Shown here: positions 42,071-54,769 of the stretch, in pieces
Layout: each line of letters starts with the position of its first letter
Numbering within the stretch: the first letter of the stretch is position 1
Assembly (NCBI GenBank): GCA_951406725.2
Contig: OX597825.1
Coordinates: 72,664,001-72,728,000, forward strand
Direction: 5' to 3'
DNA length: 64,000 nt
DNA from: Octopus vulgaris
Taxonomy: Eukaryota
Notes under the pieces: generated by a model
The model's database searches: none
Seen by the model: the letters and a program-made list of their open reading frames with translations, nothing else
Told to the model about the DNA's origin: nothing
Program-made: the position numbers and the translations under genes

Positions 42071-42668
42071 ATATATACACATACGTATATACACACATAT
42101 ATACATACACACAGACGAGTAGTTGCCTGCCTGGCAACTCTCTCTCTTGATGCATTAACATTAATCTGGGCTTTTAAAAATCAACTAGAATCCAAGGAAA
42201 CTAGTGAGGATCTACATCAATAAAAAACTTATTTAAAATATTTGCAAAATTCCTTATTTTAATTAAGAGGTCAACTTCAAAAAAGGTGTCCCTCCTTAAA
42301 GTAACTAAACATTACTTTACTCACAACACACAAACTTATCTTCAACAGGCACACCTCCTTCAAATTGCACACCCATTTATTTGTTCCTATAACGTCCAAT
42401 ATTTCTGCTAGCATGGTTTGAACAGGAATCGGTTTTGAAACCCTTCCTTTCACCAATCCTCACCTGGATTTCAAGTAAAGGATGTATTATCCGACAGGTC
42501 GTCAAAAACATAGAGCAACATGTCACAAACATTTATGACTTAAAAGCAAATGAACAAACCAGAAAAATCAGTTCTTGATAACTGACTAAAAACAATAAGA
42601 CAGGTTTGTCATGGCTGGAAAGGCAATCCAATTATGAAAATCCAACAGTGTAAAATACATAGACCTTT

Positions 42669-42888
42669 TACAAGAAAGTGCTGAAGAGTTCCTGGCTTTA
42701 AGGGTGTCGCGAAAGGCCTGGTTGGAGGCCCAACCTTCCCAGTTCTTTTACAGGGCTTAGGAAAACTGAAGGACCGTTGCAATAAGTGTGTGAATCTGAG
42801 AGGGTTATATGTTCAATAAAATCATAATTAACTGATCCTCCTGTGTTTTCTTTTACCCAGACAGGAGCCTTCCAGAATCCCATCATAT
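42669..42888 (+). mobile_element. mariner-derived non-autonomous element
   Basis: Degenerate TIRs; retains transposase C-terminus GLGKLKDRCNKCVNLRGLYVQ*; further copies at 59761-59981 and 60006-60165. Confidence 0.8.
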
Positions 42889-43099
42889 ATATCTGTTTGT
42901 CAAAATAGGTTCTAACAGTGTTGTTTAGGGTCAAAGAAGGGTCCTACCCGGAACCATGTGGTTGGTAAGCAAGCTACTTATATATACACACACACCTATA
43001 TATATACACACAGAATTAGCATGGATGAATGAGTTCACTATTCATTGGTAGACTTGTAGCAAAAGCTAGAAGACACTGGGGTTAAGCATGTCAGAGTAA

Positions 43100-43292
43100 T
43101 CTGAGGTTACGTGTGGGGTGCCCTGCCAAGGATATAAGTGGAGTACCCTGCCATAGTTACACATGGGGTACCCTGATGAGGTTATGTATAGGACACCCTG
43201 CCACTGTTATGTGTGGGGTACCCTGCCAAGGTTAGGTATGGAGTACCCTGTTGAGGATATGTAAAGGGTACCTTGTGTGCAGAGTACCCTAT
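43100..43292. repeat. degenerate ~22-bp minisatellite (GGTTATGTGTGGGGTACCCTGCCA-like)
   Basis: Recurring GGGGTACCCTG cores. Confidence 0.75.
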
Positions 43293-43699
43293 TTGTTCCC
43301 TCATTCTGGAAATCCTTTCTTGTTCTTATGTTCTCTATTATTAGGTTTTCTCCCCTGCTTCCAATATATACAGGGGGCAGGCTGCACCTACAACCAGCTG
43401 GCAGAAGATTTGCCTGGGGTTAAAACAGTAGTGACATCAAACAGCCATATAGATGTGGAGGTTAACTTCACTTATTATTAGTTCTACTTACTGTTAATTA
43501 GTTTGACTAATTAACAGTAAATATTATTAATTAGTTTTGACTTTACTTTTATTATTGATTTCACCCATTTTTACTCCATGTAAATTACTCACTGTTCGTT
43601 GCTGTTGTTCTTCTTGTTCTTTGTATTTTGCCTTTGTAATTGTTCTCAACATCTTTAAGGGCCCTTGTCGTTAATAAAAGAAATTATTATTATTACTCT

Positions 43700-43920
43700 G
43701 AGGTGATGAGCTGGCAGAATCGTTAGCATACCAGGCAAAATGCTTAACGGCATTTCAGCTGTTTTGACGTTCTGAGTTCAAATTCCACAAAGGACGACTT
43801 TACCTTTCATTCTTTCGGGGGTTTGATAAATTAAGTACCAGTGGAGTACTGGGGTCAATGTAATTGACTTAACCCCTCCCCCCAAAAAATTCCAAGCCTT
43901 GTGCCTTCAGTAGAAAGGAG
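43700..43920 (+). mobile_element. SINE family B2 monomer with (ATT)n tail
   Basis: B head and core, tail CCCCTCCCCC...GCCTTGTGCCTTCAGTAGAAAGG. Confidence 0.85.
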
Positions 43921-43977
43921 TATTATTATTATTATTACTATTATTATTATTATTGTTACTATTATTATTATTATTAC

Positions 43978-44082
<105 letters not shown>

Positions 44083-44260
44083 TATTATTATTATTATTAT
44101 TATTAATTTTTTTTGTTTCTTAACCAATAAAGAAAGGATTATTGTCACTGTTGCAATTATTAGTGTTATTTTCATTTTTATTACTAATATTATTATTATT
44201 ATTATTATTATTATTATGATCGTCATCATTGTTGTAGTTGTACAACTAAGATGTGATTGT

Positions 44261-46477
44261 TTAATATAAGTTAGCTGATTCGGTGATGTGTTTCACTTTG
44301 TGTGATGTCATCTGCGACAAACCAAGAACGGCAAAGTTGCAATCGTCTTGCATGCAGTGGTAGTGTGTTTGCTTCTTATACGAAGTACAGGACGGCACAC
44401 TGCATCCTTCGCTGCCGACAAATTTTTGGAACCCATGAGATGCTATTGTCTCCATCTTGACATGATGCTTGCGGTGTGCCGTGACTTTGGTCGTGTCTGT
44501 GCAAACAAAGTCACATTTCAGACAATGGTAATGCGACGATTTCGCATCGTATTGGCACTTGTGGTACTGGCATGAGAGACTGGCTCGGAACTGCTTAAAA
44601 TCTTCGCCAATGATGCTGTCGATCCGTTCATGTCGCAACTTGTGTTGAACGATCCGTGATCGGTCACTAAAGCCGTAGCCACAATCCTGCCGTCGACAGT
44701 GGAAGTGCGTTACCATATGTTTGTACGTACACCGTTGAAATTTACAGTCTTCATTATATCGTATTCGAATGTAGCCCTCTGGGACTCCTTCCGCTCGGTA
44801 GGCAGTCAGGGCACTGGTATTACATGCTTCAGTTTCGGACGGCATCATGAGATGAGGCTGTTTCCTGTTCATTGTTACTTCGTCTTCAAATTCTTCGCTT
44901 CCACTCGCTTTCCGTTTCCTGTGAGAACTGTCCAAATACAAGGAACTACCATCATTCCCTTGGTCAATTTCTGACCTCTCTGTTGGGATACTCTCACCGA
45001 AAGAGTTCATTCCGGAACACATACCGGGAGATCTTCGATCCATGTGACAACCTGTTGACAGCCTTGAATCCAAATCAGATGACATTGTCATAGGATTATT
45101 TAATCCAGTGGAGAAAGATGAGGCTTTTTCTTCATCCATGGTTTCTGCTTCTTCGGTAAAGTTCTTCACATGTTTGGAATTAATACTGAAGTTGCTATTC
45201 CCATCGTCAGACAAGTCAGCTGGCGAATTCTCTAACAGTGGGGCTTTAACTACATTAGAAAGGAACTTGAGGCCATGCCTGCTCAAGTGATATTGCAATC
45301 GGGAACACTCAGAAAATGCTTGGTTACACTGAAGACAATGGTAATGGTCTTTTTTCTTGAGCTTGCAGAAAGGACGGCCACAATTTTGATACACTGAGAA
45401 ATGTATTTGGGTCCTGATGCTGTCCCAGTTTTGACACTGAGATGTACTTTCAATTTTCTTCTGCTGTAAGAGAAATGGTAAAGAAGGAGCATCATTACAA
45501 GAAGAACTCCCAGATGTCTCGGCAGAACTGCAACTCAGAGAACTGATCTCGCTCATAAGAGGAATGCTGATATTCACTCTGGGATTAGTAAGGTTACTAC
45601 TGTTTGACACCAGGGTCTGTGACGGAATGGCAACTGGATATGGCTGGCTGGTAGGGATTGTAGATAAAGGATAAAATATCCCAGATGATTTGATCACTGC
45701 TTTAGTAGAGGGAGGTTGAACGGCAACTTTTGAAACGGCCGGCATGATTGGAACATAAGTGGTGAGTTTGGTATTAGCGCATGTGTTGTTGTAGTTGTTG
45801 CTGTTGTTGTTGTTGTTATCGTTGTTGTTCGAGGAGTGATTCTGGTGCTTCTTGTCGTGCTGAACCATAGTGCTGTGTCTAACGAAAGAATAATCACAAT
45901 GTGGACGAGTGCAATGGAAATGCTTGTTGGCTTTGTTATAATGACAGTGATTGTATCGGCAATCTACGTTGTGGTCGAAGAACTGAAAGCCCTCCAGTAT
46001 GTTAACAAAACTATGAAAATCCTTGATGTGCAGATTGAGGACATCCAGTCGGTCTGTAGCGTGGTGACAGCGGGGTTTTGTACAGTGATAATGTTCCTTC
46101 ATAAAATATAAACACAGTTTGTCAAGACAATCTTGTCCAGCCTTGTAAACCTTGTAACTGTCAGTTATCGATGATGATGTTGCTGTTGTTGTTGTTGTTG
46201 TCAGGTTATTTTGAAGGCCACTCACACAACCGTTTTGTTCTTCGCCGAATATTTTGAAGGGTTCTGAATGCATGGGTTCGAATTTGGTAACAGGTGATAT
46301 GTCAATGCGGGAATACTTAGGGGGCCGTCCCCGTCGGGGTCTTGTGGCATCGAGGTCATACTTCACTAAGGATAGCTTTAACTTACTGGCCGTCACTTGG
46401 GGGTTGTGTTGGAGCTGGTAATGTTCAAGTCTTGCAAAACTAGCATCAGAGTAAGACGTGCTGAAGTTGCAGGCAGA
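44261..46477 (-). CDS. CASZ1: castor/CASZ1 terminal coding exon (2217 nt including TAA)
   Basis: tttctttcag acceptor ending at 46478, in frame with the 711-aa ORF; completes finger 6 and adds six more castor-type C-C-HxHC-C-H-H fingers; ends LGLSQMTSHKVKH, like the CASZ1 C-terminal finger; AT-hook-like RPRRGRPPK. Confidence 0.95.
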   Translation of the reverse strand, partial: SACNFSTSYSDASFARLEHYQLQHNPQVTASKLKLSLVKYDLDATRPRRGRPPKYSRIDISPVTKFEPMHSEPFKIFGEEQNGCVSGLQNNLTTTTTTATSSSITDSYKVYKAGQDCLDKLCLYFMKEHYHCTKPRCHHATDRLDVLNLHIKDFHSFVNILEGFQFFDHNVDCRYNHCHYNKANKHFHCTRPHCDYSFVRHSTMVQHDKKHQNHSSNNNDNNNNNSNNYNNTCANTKLTTYVPIMPAVSKVAVQPPSTKAVIKSSGIFYPLSTIPTSQPYPVAIPSQTLVSNSSNLTNPRVNISIPLMSEISSLSCSSAETSGSSSCNDAPSLPFLLQQKKIESTSQCQNWDSIRTQIHFSVYQNCGRPFCKLKKKDHYHCLQCNQAFSECSRLQYHLSRHGLKFLSNVVKAPLLENSPADLSDDGNSNFSINSKHVKNFTEEAETMDEEKASSFSTGLNNPMTMSSDLDSRLSTGCHMDRRSPGMCSGMNSFGESIPTERSEIDQGNDGSSLYLDSSHRKRKASGSEEFEDEVTMNRKQPHLMMPSETEACNTSALTAYRAEGVPEGYIRIRYNEDCKFQRCTYKHMVTHFHCRRQDCGYGFSDRSRIVQHKLRHERIDSIIGEDFKQFRASLSCQYHKCQYDAKSSHYHCLKCDFVCTDTTKVTAHRKHHVKMETIASHGFQKFVGSEGCSVPSCTSYKKQTHYHCMQDDCNFAVLGLSQMTSHKVKHITESANLY

Positions 46478-46689
46478 CTGAAAGAAAAAAACCCAAAATA
46501 TTTATGATATTAAACAAAAGAACAAGAAAGAATATGATTACATTAAATGTCCCCTCACCCAACTTTGTGCAAATAAAGAATTATTACAATTATTATTTGC
46601 ATAATGTTCCTGACAAACACCCTACTTCATTTTATGCAACTTTTGTCTAATTCCTCAGTTTTGTAAGATCCTAGCCTTAACATTTAATA

Positions 46690-46958
46690 TTGTCCAGAAA
46701 GTTCATGCCGATTTATGGTAGCTTACCTTTCGACTTATTTTAGAACATGGTTGAGTCCATAAAATAGGATTTGACTACACCTCCATTTAGAGCACAGTTT
46801 AAGCTATCTTTACATGGAAGAAGGTTTATGTTCCTATAGCCTGTGTTAATTCTGTAACCCTTTAAAATGGAAGATAAGAAAGTTCATTTTCGCTACTTGA
46901 TGCTTTGGAAACCAGACAAAAACTGCTGCAGCTCAGCAAGGATGTGTTACTCACATGG
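46690..46958 (+). mobile_element. mariner 5' end, internally deleted (intronic)
   Basis: TIR TTGTCCAGAAAGTTCATGCCGATTT like that at 7549; ATG at 46867 gives MEDKKVHFRYLMLW, then TRQKLLQL. Confidence 0.8.
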
Positions 46959-46995
46959 TTAGGAAGCATGTCTCTTAACCGTAGAAGTTATACCT

Positions 46996-47512
46996 TCATG
47001 TGGCCTATGCCAGGGGTGTAACCAGCCCACTTATGCGTACCTTTCCTTCAGTGGACACTAAACTCTGCTTGCGATGAACTGTTGAGGCAACTGAAATTGA
47101 AATCGAAATCAAATTCGATGACTGGCATCCGTGCTAGCAGAGCGCTAAGAGCACCATCTGAGTGTGATCGTTGCCAGAGCAGTAAACTGGCTTCCATGCC
47201 AGTGGCACGTAAAAAGCACCATTTGAGCGTGATCGTTACCAGTGTCGTCTTACTGGCACGTGAAAACACCATTCGAGCGTGACCGTTGCCAGTACCACCT
47301 GACTGGCCCTCATGCCGGAGGCATGTAGAAGCACCCACTGCACTCTAAGAGTGGTTGGCATTAGGAAGGGCATCTAGCTGTAGAAACTCTGCCAGATCAG
47401 ATTGGAGTCTGATGCAGCCTTCTGGTTCGCCAGTCTCCAGTCAAATCTTCCAACCCATGCCAGCATGGAAAGCGGACGTTAAACAATGATGCTGATGATG
47501 ATGATGATGATT
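46996..47512 (+). mobile_element. family E non-autonomous retroelement with internal tandem repeats and (GAT)n tail
   Basis: Copies at 58990-59335 and 60935-61542, fragments at 19455-19520 and 39340-39470; GGTTGGCATTAGGAAGGGCATC motif; RTE-like affinity is an inference. Confidence 0.8.
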
Positions 47513-47879
47513 TACTAATTATTCTAATTTCTATATTACTACATTACTAGTTATTTAATAAGTCTAATCCCATGAAGGGTCATCTTTGCATTTTTTCCCC
47601 TTCCGTGGATCACTATAAGTAATAGTCAAGTACCAGGGGTACCTATTCCAGCATCAGGAATGGGGACTTTGTACTAATCGCCTCCACCAATTCAACCACC
47701 ACCTTAATACCTTGTCTGTCCATCACCACCACCACCATGATTACGACCACTGCTACCACCTCCACCACCACCATTTCTACCACCAACACAACCACTGCTG
47801 CAACCATCACCACCACTACCACTACCACCACCACCGTCATGAATATAATATAAACAGTCCACAGATAAAAAAAACTTAC

Positions 47880-47997
47880 ATATTGGCAATGAAAGTGCTT
47901 CTCCTTCAAATTGAACTCACACTTCTGTAGACACGGCTCATTAGATTTGTACAAGATGTAGCAGTTCGATGTGATATGGTCTTGGAGTTCATGGAAT
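47880..47997 (-). CDS. CASZ1: castor/CASZ1 coding exon (118 nt)
   Basis: ctcttttag/GTAAGT; FHELQDHITSNCYILYKSNEPCLQKCEFNLKEKHFHCQY; phase 2-0. Confidence 0.9.
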
Positions 47998-48698
47998 CTA
48001 AAAGAGAAATTCAGAATTAACAAAAAATAAATGAATAACCAAACATGATGTCACCAGAGTAAGGAAGAAGAAGACAGAAGAAAGGGCAGTAAAAGTTGAT
48101 CTCAGGATTCTGAATAGCTTTGAAGGAAATGGTAAAAGAATACAATAATAAATGGTGAGGAGACCCCAACTAATCATGCAAGAATGGAAAAAGACACTTG
48201 CCAAAAGTGCCACACAGTGGAATTGAACCTGAGGCCAATTGGTTGGGAAGCAAACTGTTTAACCACACAGCCATGCCTGTACCTATTGCTTAAGGTACAT
48301 GCATAGTTGTGCAGATAAGAAGTCTGTTTCTCAACCACATGGTTCTGGGTTCCGTCCCACTGTGTGGTGGCACTCTGGGCACATGTGTTGTTGTTGTACT
48401 ATTACCCTGGGCCAAGCAAAGCCTGGTAAATGGACCTGTTAGATGGAAACTGAAAGAAGCCACTCACAATCACCAGAAACATTATCAAACTTTTATAGAT
48501 ATCAAAATTAGAAGAGTCTGAAATACGCTCAAGATATTGTTATGTCATCTACTTAATGTTATCAGCCAGAGAGACTCTATTTGCAAACTGATTACAATAA
48601 CCCACTTCCACCACACACACGCACAAACACACACACACACACACATACAGAGCAAAGTAAAAACAGTTTCAAAATAAAAAGGAAACCAAAAAAGAGAC

Positions 48699-48821
48699 CT
48701 GGCATGTTCGCGAACTCCGTCTTTCGAGCGATACATCACTGTACAACCGAGCACTTGGCAATGGTAGTGGTCCTTGTAGAGATAGTCACAGCGTGGGTTG
48801 CAGGGGTCATTTGCTGTATAC
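48699..48821 (-). CDS. CASZ1: castor/CASZ1 coding exon (123 nt)
   Basis: ccttccag/GTCTCT; RYTANDPCNPRCDYLYKDHYHCQVLGCTVMYRSKDGVREHAR; phase 2-2. Confidence 0.9.
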
Positions 48822-49674
48822 CTGGAAGGATTAGGGAACACAACAGATTAAATAACAGATTAGCATATACATACATACATACATATATGTGTGTGTGTAC
48901 GTGAGTGTGTGTGTCTCTGAGTATGTTTGTTGTTTTAATACACATGTTAACAAATATTAACCCTAAGAAATATTAATTACACACATACACACACAAACGT
49001 GCACACATATACACACACACAATAAACTCTGGGACCAATTAAAAACGGCTCACACACATAAACACATGTATATACACACACATATAGACAATATACAGAG
49101 ACACACAAACTCACACCATTCTGACCTCTAAGACCAGTCCCAAAAACCACTGAACCATGACAGACTAGCCCAGAAACAAAAAAATCCTTTTATGTTTTAT
49201 GAAAGACAAAATTATTGTATTAAAAAAATGGTTCACAGTGGTACTGATGATAATAATTGTGGTGGTGATGATGGTTGTGGTGATGGTGGTGGTGATGGTG
49301 GTGTTGGGGATGAAAATTGTGACGATAAGGTTGATGACGACAATGATGCTTATGATGATGATGCTAACAACAATGATAATGATAGCAATGATAATAAAAA
49401 AAATTGATGATGATGATGAGTGATAATGATGATGATAGTGATGATGACGACGACAACAATGATAGCAATGATGATGATAAATGGAAACAGTAACAGAAAT
49501 GATGATGATGATGATGATGATGTCAATGACAGAGATGACAATAACAGCAATAATGATGGCAGCAAATATAATGACAGTGATGGAGATGACAGCAATGGTG
49601 GTGATGATGATGATGATGATGACGATAATAATAATGATGATGATGATGATGATTGATGACAACAATGACAATGA

Positions 49675-50170
49675 TGACAATGAAATTGATAGTGATGACA
49701 GTGATGATAAAGATGATGACAATGATGATGATGACAATGAAATTGATAGTGATGACAGTGATGATAAAGATGATGACAATGATGATGATGACAATGAAAT
49801 TGATAGTGATGACAGTGATGATAAAGATGATGACAATGATGATGATGACAATGAAATTGATAGTGATGACAGTGATGATAAAGATGATGACAATGATGAT
49901 GATGACAATGAAATTGATAGTGATGACAGTGATGATAAAGATGATGACAATGATGATGATGACAATGAAATTGATAGTGATGACAGTGATGATAAAGATG
50001 ATGACAATGATGATGATGACAATGAAATTGATAGTGATGACAGTGATGATAAAGATGATGACAATGAAATTGATAGTGATGACAGTGATGATAAAGATGA
50101 TGACAATGATGATGATGACAATGAAATTGATAGTGATGACAGTGATGATAAAGATGATGACAATGATGAT
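49675..50170. repeat. 57-bp tandem repeat built from GAT/GAC triplets, 8-9 copies
   Basis: TGAAATTGATAGTGATGACAGTGATGATAAAGATGATGACAA recurs every 57 nt, with one 42-nt unit; embedded in a GAT-rich tract 49240-50280. Confidence 0.93.
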
Positions 50171-50290
50171 GAGAGTAACACTGGTGATGGTGATGATGAC
50201 AGCAACAAATGATAACAATATTGATGATTATGTCAACGATGATGTCAATGATGATGGTGGTGATGATAACGATGACAAATTATGCCTCAC

Positions 50291-50741
50291 CTTTTTAGAT
50301 AGGTTTTCCAGTTCTCATCCTTCTCTCTCCTATCCCCAGCTCTCACCTGTCCGACATTAACGGAATTGCTGTTCATGTTGAGGATAAGGTGGTTGGTGTA
50401 AAGTTCCGACTTGCCGCAGTTCACCGGAATCAGTAAGTTGAGAGAGTTGTTCAAAGAATCTCCACTGAGTTTGGAAGCCCTCATGGCCAGAGTTCCAGAA
50501 GATTCTGCACAAGACAACGCCATGTTGCAACCGGACTCGTCGTTCTTGGGAGATGCAGAGTCTTGATGGAAAGACTGAAACTGAGATGGATGCCGTTTCT
50601 CATCCACATAACTGAAATCTTCTTCAATTTTGGCTTCTTTCTTTATATTTTTGATATTAGTCTCTATGGATATGTTTGAAGAAGCAGTACTAAGACACAA
50701 AGAATTTGATAAGATTGATTTGTCCAGGCTACTACCACTGC

Positions 50742-50778
<37 letters not shown>

Positions 50779-51092
50779 GACCATTGCAGTCAGCGAGGAT
50801 TTTTGAGATGGTACCACGGAGGAGGATGAAGAAGTACTTGGCGTGTTTGTCACATCTGTACTGGATTTGTCACTAGCTGCTTCTCCACCCACTCCAAGAC
50901 CTGTTTCAGCCTCGGTGCCGGTCCCTGGTTCGGCGAGAGATGGCGCCTGCTGATTGCTGCTCAAATCTACAGCCACCACTTTGTTATGGCGCACCTCTTG
51001 GAAACGGCGATATGCATTCTCAAAGTCACGGCGTTCGTGTCTTCGCTTGTGTGAGTAGAGTTGGGCAGTAGAATGCAGGATGTAATTGCAAT
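50291..51092 (-). CDS. CASZ1: castor/CASZ1 coding exon (802 nt; end of finger 4 plus low-complexity linker)
   Basis: catcaag acceptor, GTGAGG donor; DCNYILHSTAQLYSHKRRHERR...WKTYLKR; open frame throughout. Confidence 0.92.
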
Positions 51093-51346
51093 CTTGATGG
51101 ATAGTCATGGAAGGAAGAAACAAAAAATAAGCAAACAATATGAAATAAAATAAATGCAAACAAAGTATAAGCTGGAAAACTTGCTTAAGAGTTCAAAAAA
51201 CATACAACTACTAACTTCCATAAAATGAAATACACACACACACACACACACAGACACACACACACAAGGTATATATATGTACTTTAATATATTGAATTAA
51301 TTTTTAAACACAAGAAAATAACTTTATAGGAAATACTTAAATATAT

Positions 51347-51697
51347 GTTTAAGTTAAGTTAAGTTAAGTTTAGTTAAGTTAATTTTTTGGCTCAAAAAGC
51401 AAAAAGCAAGGCCATGTAGGGGGACATGGAGTTATGTACAGGGTGGTGTTCATGCAAAGAGTTCAGGCCATTTCTGGTCAAGAGAGACTTTGAACCAAGC
51501 GGTCGTCGGCATCTTCACTATCTCGTCCGGCAGCTTATTCCACGGATCCGCAACCCGGACGGAGAAAGCCCCTCTCCTTCGATTGAGATGAAATCGTCGC
51601 AGATAGAGCTTTTCGGAGTGACCCCGCAGCCGACAGTCTGGAGCAGGAGTGAAGAACAGCTCTTTCGAGAGGTTACACTTTCCGCTTATGATGTTCT
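51347..51697 (-). mobile_element. CR1-like LINE 3' end (intronic)
   Basis: Minus strand ...RLRGHSEKLYLRRFHLNRRRGAFSVRVADPWNKLPDEIVKMPTTAWFKVSLDQKWPELFA*, short UTR, (AACTT)n tail. Confidence 0.88.
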
Positions 51698-51990
51698 TAG
51701 TGTTTGCGAATTTAACTGTTGAGATGGCTGTGAAAATTACAATGGATACTTATTGATCAGACCATACACATACACACATACACACACACTCACACACACA
51801 CACTCATATCCATTAGATTGATTCTATGGATAAAGCACACACACACACACACAGAAACCCTCACATAATGATATAGATAAAAACTTAACATATTCCACAA
51901 TCCATAACCTATAACAGACATTGGTGGAACAGTGTGTGTGTGTGTATGAGAGAGAGAGAGAGAGAAAAGGTATGTGTTAATATTACTGAC

Positions 51991-52128
51991 CAGGTCTGAT
52001 ACAGTGGATGTGATTGCTGACTTTAGAAAAACGACATTGAGAGAACTTGCAGTGTTCATACTTCATAAACTTCTTGAAACCATCCCGTCCCAGCAGTTCA
52101 TCTTTCTGGTGGTAGCTTTTGTGTTTTT
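51991..52128 (-). CDS. CASZ1: castor/CASZ1 coding exon (138 nt)
   Basis: ttttccag/GTCAGT; [46 protein letters not shown]; phase 1-1 consistent with both neighbours. Confidence 0.95.
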
Positions 52129-52424
52129 CTGGAAAAAAAAACGAAAAAAAATTAAATAAAAATATACATGTATGTATGTTTATATATATATATATATCTT
52201 TTGAAAAAATTTTATCAATGACCAGCATGTTTAAAAATACCTTTAAAGGTTAAATTATAAACAACTTATAAATAAGGGCAAACGAAAAATTTCTAATGCC
52301 AAATATACCGAAAATCAGACAAAATTATATGGTAAATGGACAATATGTTCAATTTTCGGCATATTTGGCATTAGGAATTTTTTTGTTTGCCCTTATTTAT
52401 AAGTTATATATATATATATATATA

Positions 52425-52800
52425 TTCTTTTACTCTTTTACTTGTTTCAGTCATTTGACTGCAGCCATGCTGGAGCACCACCTTTAGTCGAGCAAACTGA
52501 CCCCAGGACTTATTCTTTGTAAGCCTAGTGCTTATTTTATTGGTCTCTTTTCCCAAACCGCTAACTTACAGGGACATAAACACACCAGCATCAGTTGTCA
52601 AGCGATGTTGGGGGGACAAACACCGACACACAAACATTTACACACACATACATACATACATATATATATGACGGGCTTCTTTCAGTTTCTGTCTACCAAA
52701 TTCACTCACAAGGCTTTGGTCGGTCCGGAGCTCTAGTAGAAGACTGAACCTGGAACCATGTGGTTGGGAAGCAAGCTTCTTACCACACAGTCATAACTGT
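52425..52800 (-). mobile_element. SINE family A (intronic)
   Basis: Family A match; other intronic copies at 53250-53430 (-), 55530-56050 (+), 57355-57735 (-), 58380-58960 (-). Confidence 0.85.
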
Positions 52801-53441
52801 GCTTATGGATATGATTTATGGGAAATTTGGCTGGTCTTTTTAGGAAGTCTTGCAATTACACAGAACTTCTCTCACTTTCTTTCTCTTTCTCTCTCTTATC
52901 CTTTTTTTTTTGCTGTTTTTTAGAAAATATGTAGTTCAGCAATGGTCAATGGAATAAGATTTATTGTCAGTATTGAATATTGAAGATTTCATGCCTAAGA
53001 CAAGAGATTTGCTTGAATATATTACTGAAAGAGATGACAATAGCAACAACAACAAATTGTATATATTGAAATATTGCTTAAAGAAAATTAATTAAAATCA
53101 TGAAATAAAAACTGAATCTGGCAATGCTTTAATTAATTAAATGATACATGAAAACAGAATAAACAGTATTGCATTATGATGCTATTTATGTATGATAAGA
53201 ACCATGAGAAATGAAGAAGGGGGGGGGAATGGCGTTTTCATTTAGTCTTTTATTTTTTGTACGTGTTTCAGTCATATGACTGTGGCCATGCTGGAGCACC
53301 ACTTTTTTTTAGTTGGAGAAATCGACCCCAGGAAATATTCCGTGTAAGCCTGGTATGTATTCTGTAGGTTTCTTTTGCTAAACTGCTAAGTTACAGGGAA
53401 GTAAACACACCAACATCGGTTGTCAAGCAATGGTAAACTAG

Positions 53442-53891
53442 AAGGTGGCGAGCTGGCAGAAACGTTAGCATGCCAGGTGAAATGCTTAGCGGTATTTCGT
53501 CTGCCATTACGTTCTGAGTTCAAATTCCGCCGAGGTCAACTTTGCCTTTCATCCTTTCAGGTTCGATTAAATAAGTACCAGTTACGCACTGGGGTTGATA
53601 TAATCGACTTAATCCGTTTGTCTGTCCTTGTTTGTCCCCTCTGTGTGTAGCCCCTTGTGGGCAATAAAGAAATAAGAAACTTTAGCATGCCGGGCTAAAT
53701 ACTTAGCGGTATTTCGTCTGTCATTACATTCTGAGTTCAAATTCCGCCGAGGTCAACTTTGCCTTTCATCCTTTCAGGTTCAATTAAATAAGTACCAGTT
53801 ACGCACTGGGGTCGATATAATTGACTTAATCCGTTTGTCTGTCCTTGTTTGTCCCCTCTCTGTGTAGCCCCTTGTGGGCAATAAAGAAATA
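53442..53891 (+). mobile_element. SINE family B1 dimer (intronic)
   Basis: Two units; the second restarts at AGAAACTTTAGC near 53674. Confidence 0.88.
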
Positions 53892-54344
53892 AGAAACTAG
53901 CAGATGGCAAAGGGGAAGTCACTGTTGTATCATTTCCCCCTGAAAAAAATCATGAATCTTACAACTTTGGCATGGAAGGCCATGATTTCTGACATCTTAT
54001 AAGATAGGCATAGCACATTAAGAGAGAAAGAGAGATATGTGTTGTAGTATGGTCAAGTGGTAGAATTGTAAGACCATGTGGTGACAATTGCCTTACAGAA
54101 ATTCTTGTGGTTCTTTGCATTCTGAGTGAAAATCTAGTCAAGGTCACATTGTGTCTGAATAAAACACACAGGAAGCTGCGTGGTTCTTGCTTCCCAACCC
54201 CATAAGATCAAGTTCCATCCCACTGTGTGGCACTTTGGGTGTCTTCTACAATAGACCCAAGCTGATAAATGCTTTATAAGCATGTGTGTGTGTGTGTATG
54301 TGTGTATAAGTGTTTATAAATGTAAGTGTGTGTACACTTATCTT

Positions 54345-54740
54345 ACTTCTACACACAGAGGGGACAAACAAAGACAGACAAACTGATTGAGTTGATTATA
54401 TCGACCCCAGTGCATAACTGGTACTTATTTAATCGATCCGGAAAGGATGAAAGGCAAAGTCAACCTCGGCAGAATTTGAACTCAGAACGTAGTGGCGGAC
54501 AAAATACCTGTTTCTTTACTACCAACAAGAGGCTTAAAACAGAGAGGACAAACAAGGACAGACAAGGGGACTAAATCGATTATATCGACCCCAGGGCGTA
54601 ACTGGTACTTATTTAATCGACCCTGAAAAGATGAAAGACAAACTCAACCTCAGCGGAATTTGAAATTAGAACGTAGCAGCAGACGAAATACTGCTAAGCA
54701 TTTTGCCCGGTGTGCTAACGTTTCTGCCAGCTCGCCACCT
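54345..54740 (-). mobile_element. SINE family B1 dimer (intronic)
   Basis: Junction at 54508/54509; imperfect flanking duplication TAAGTGTGT..ACTTATCTT. Confidence 0.88.
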
Positions 54741-54769
54741 TAAAATAAGTGTGTATACTTATCTTGGCA

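Noticed and set aside
43488-43520. 15-bp perfect hairpin in the possible castor 3' UTR
   Set aside because: Short and AT-rich, the UTR extent is unknown, and it is too short for a pre-miRNA.
49165-50360. Long Ser-rich, Asp-rich and Met/Ile-rich ORFs (231-347 aa)
   Set aside because: They arise from a triplet-based tandem repeat inside a castor intron and are open in several frames on both strands.
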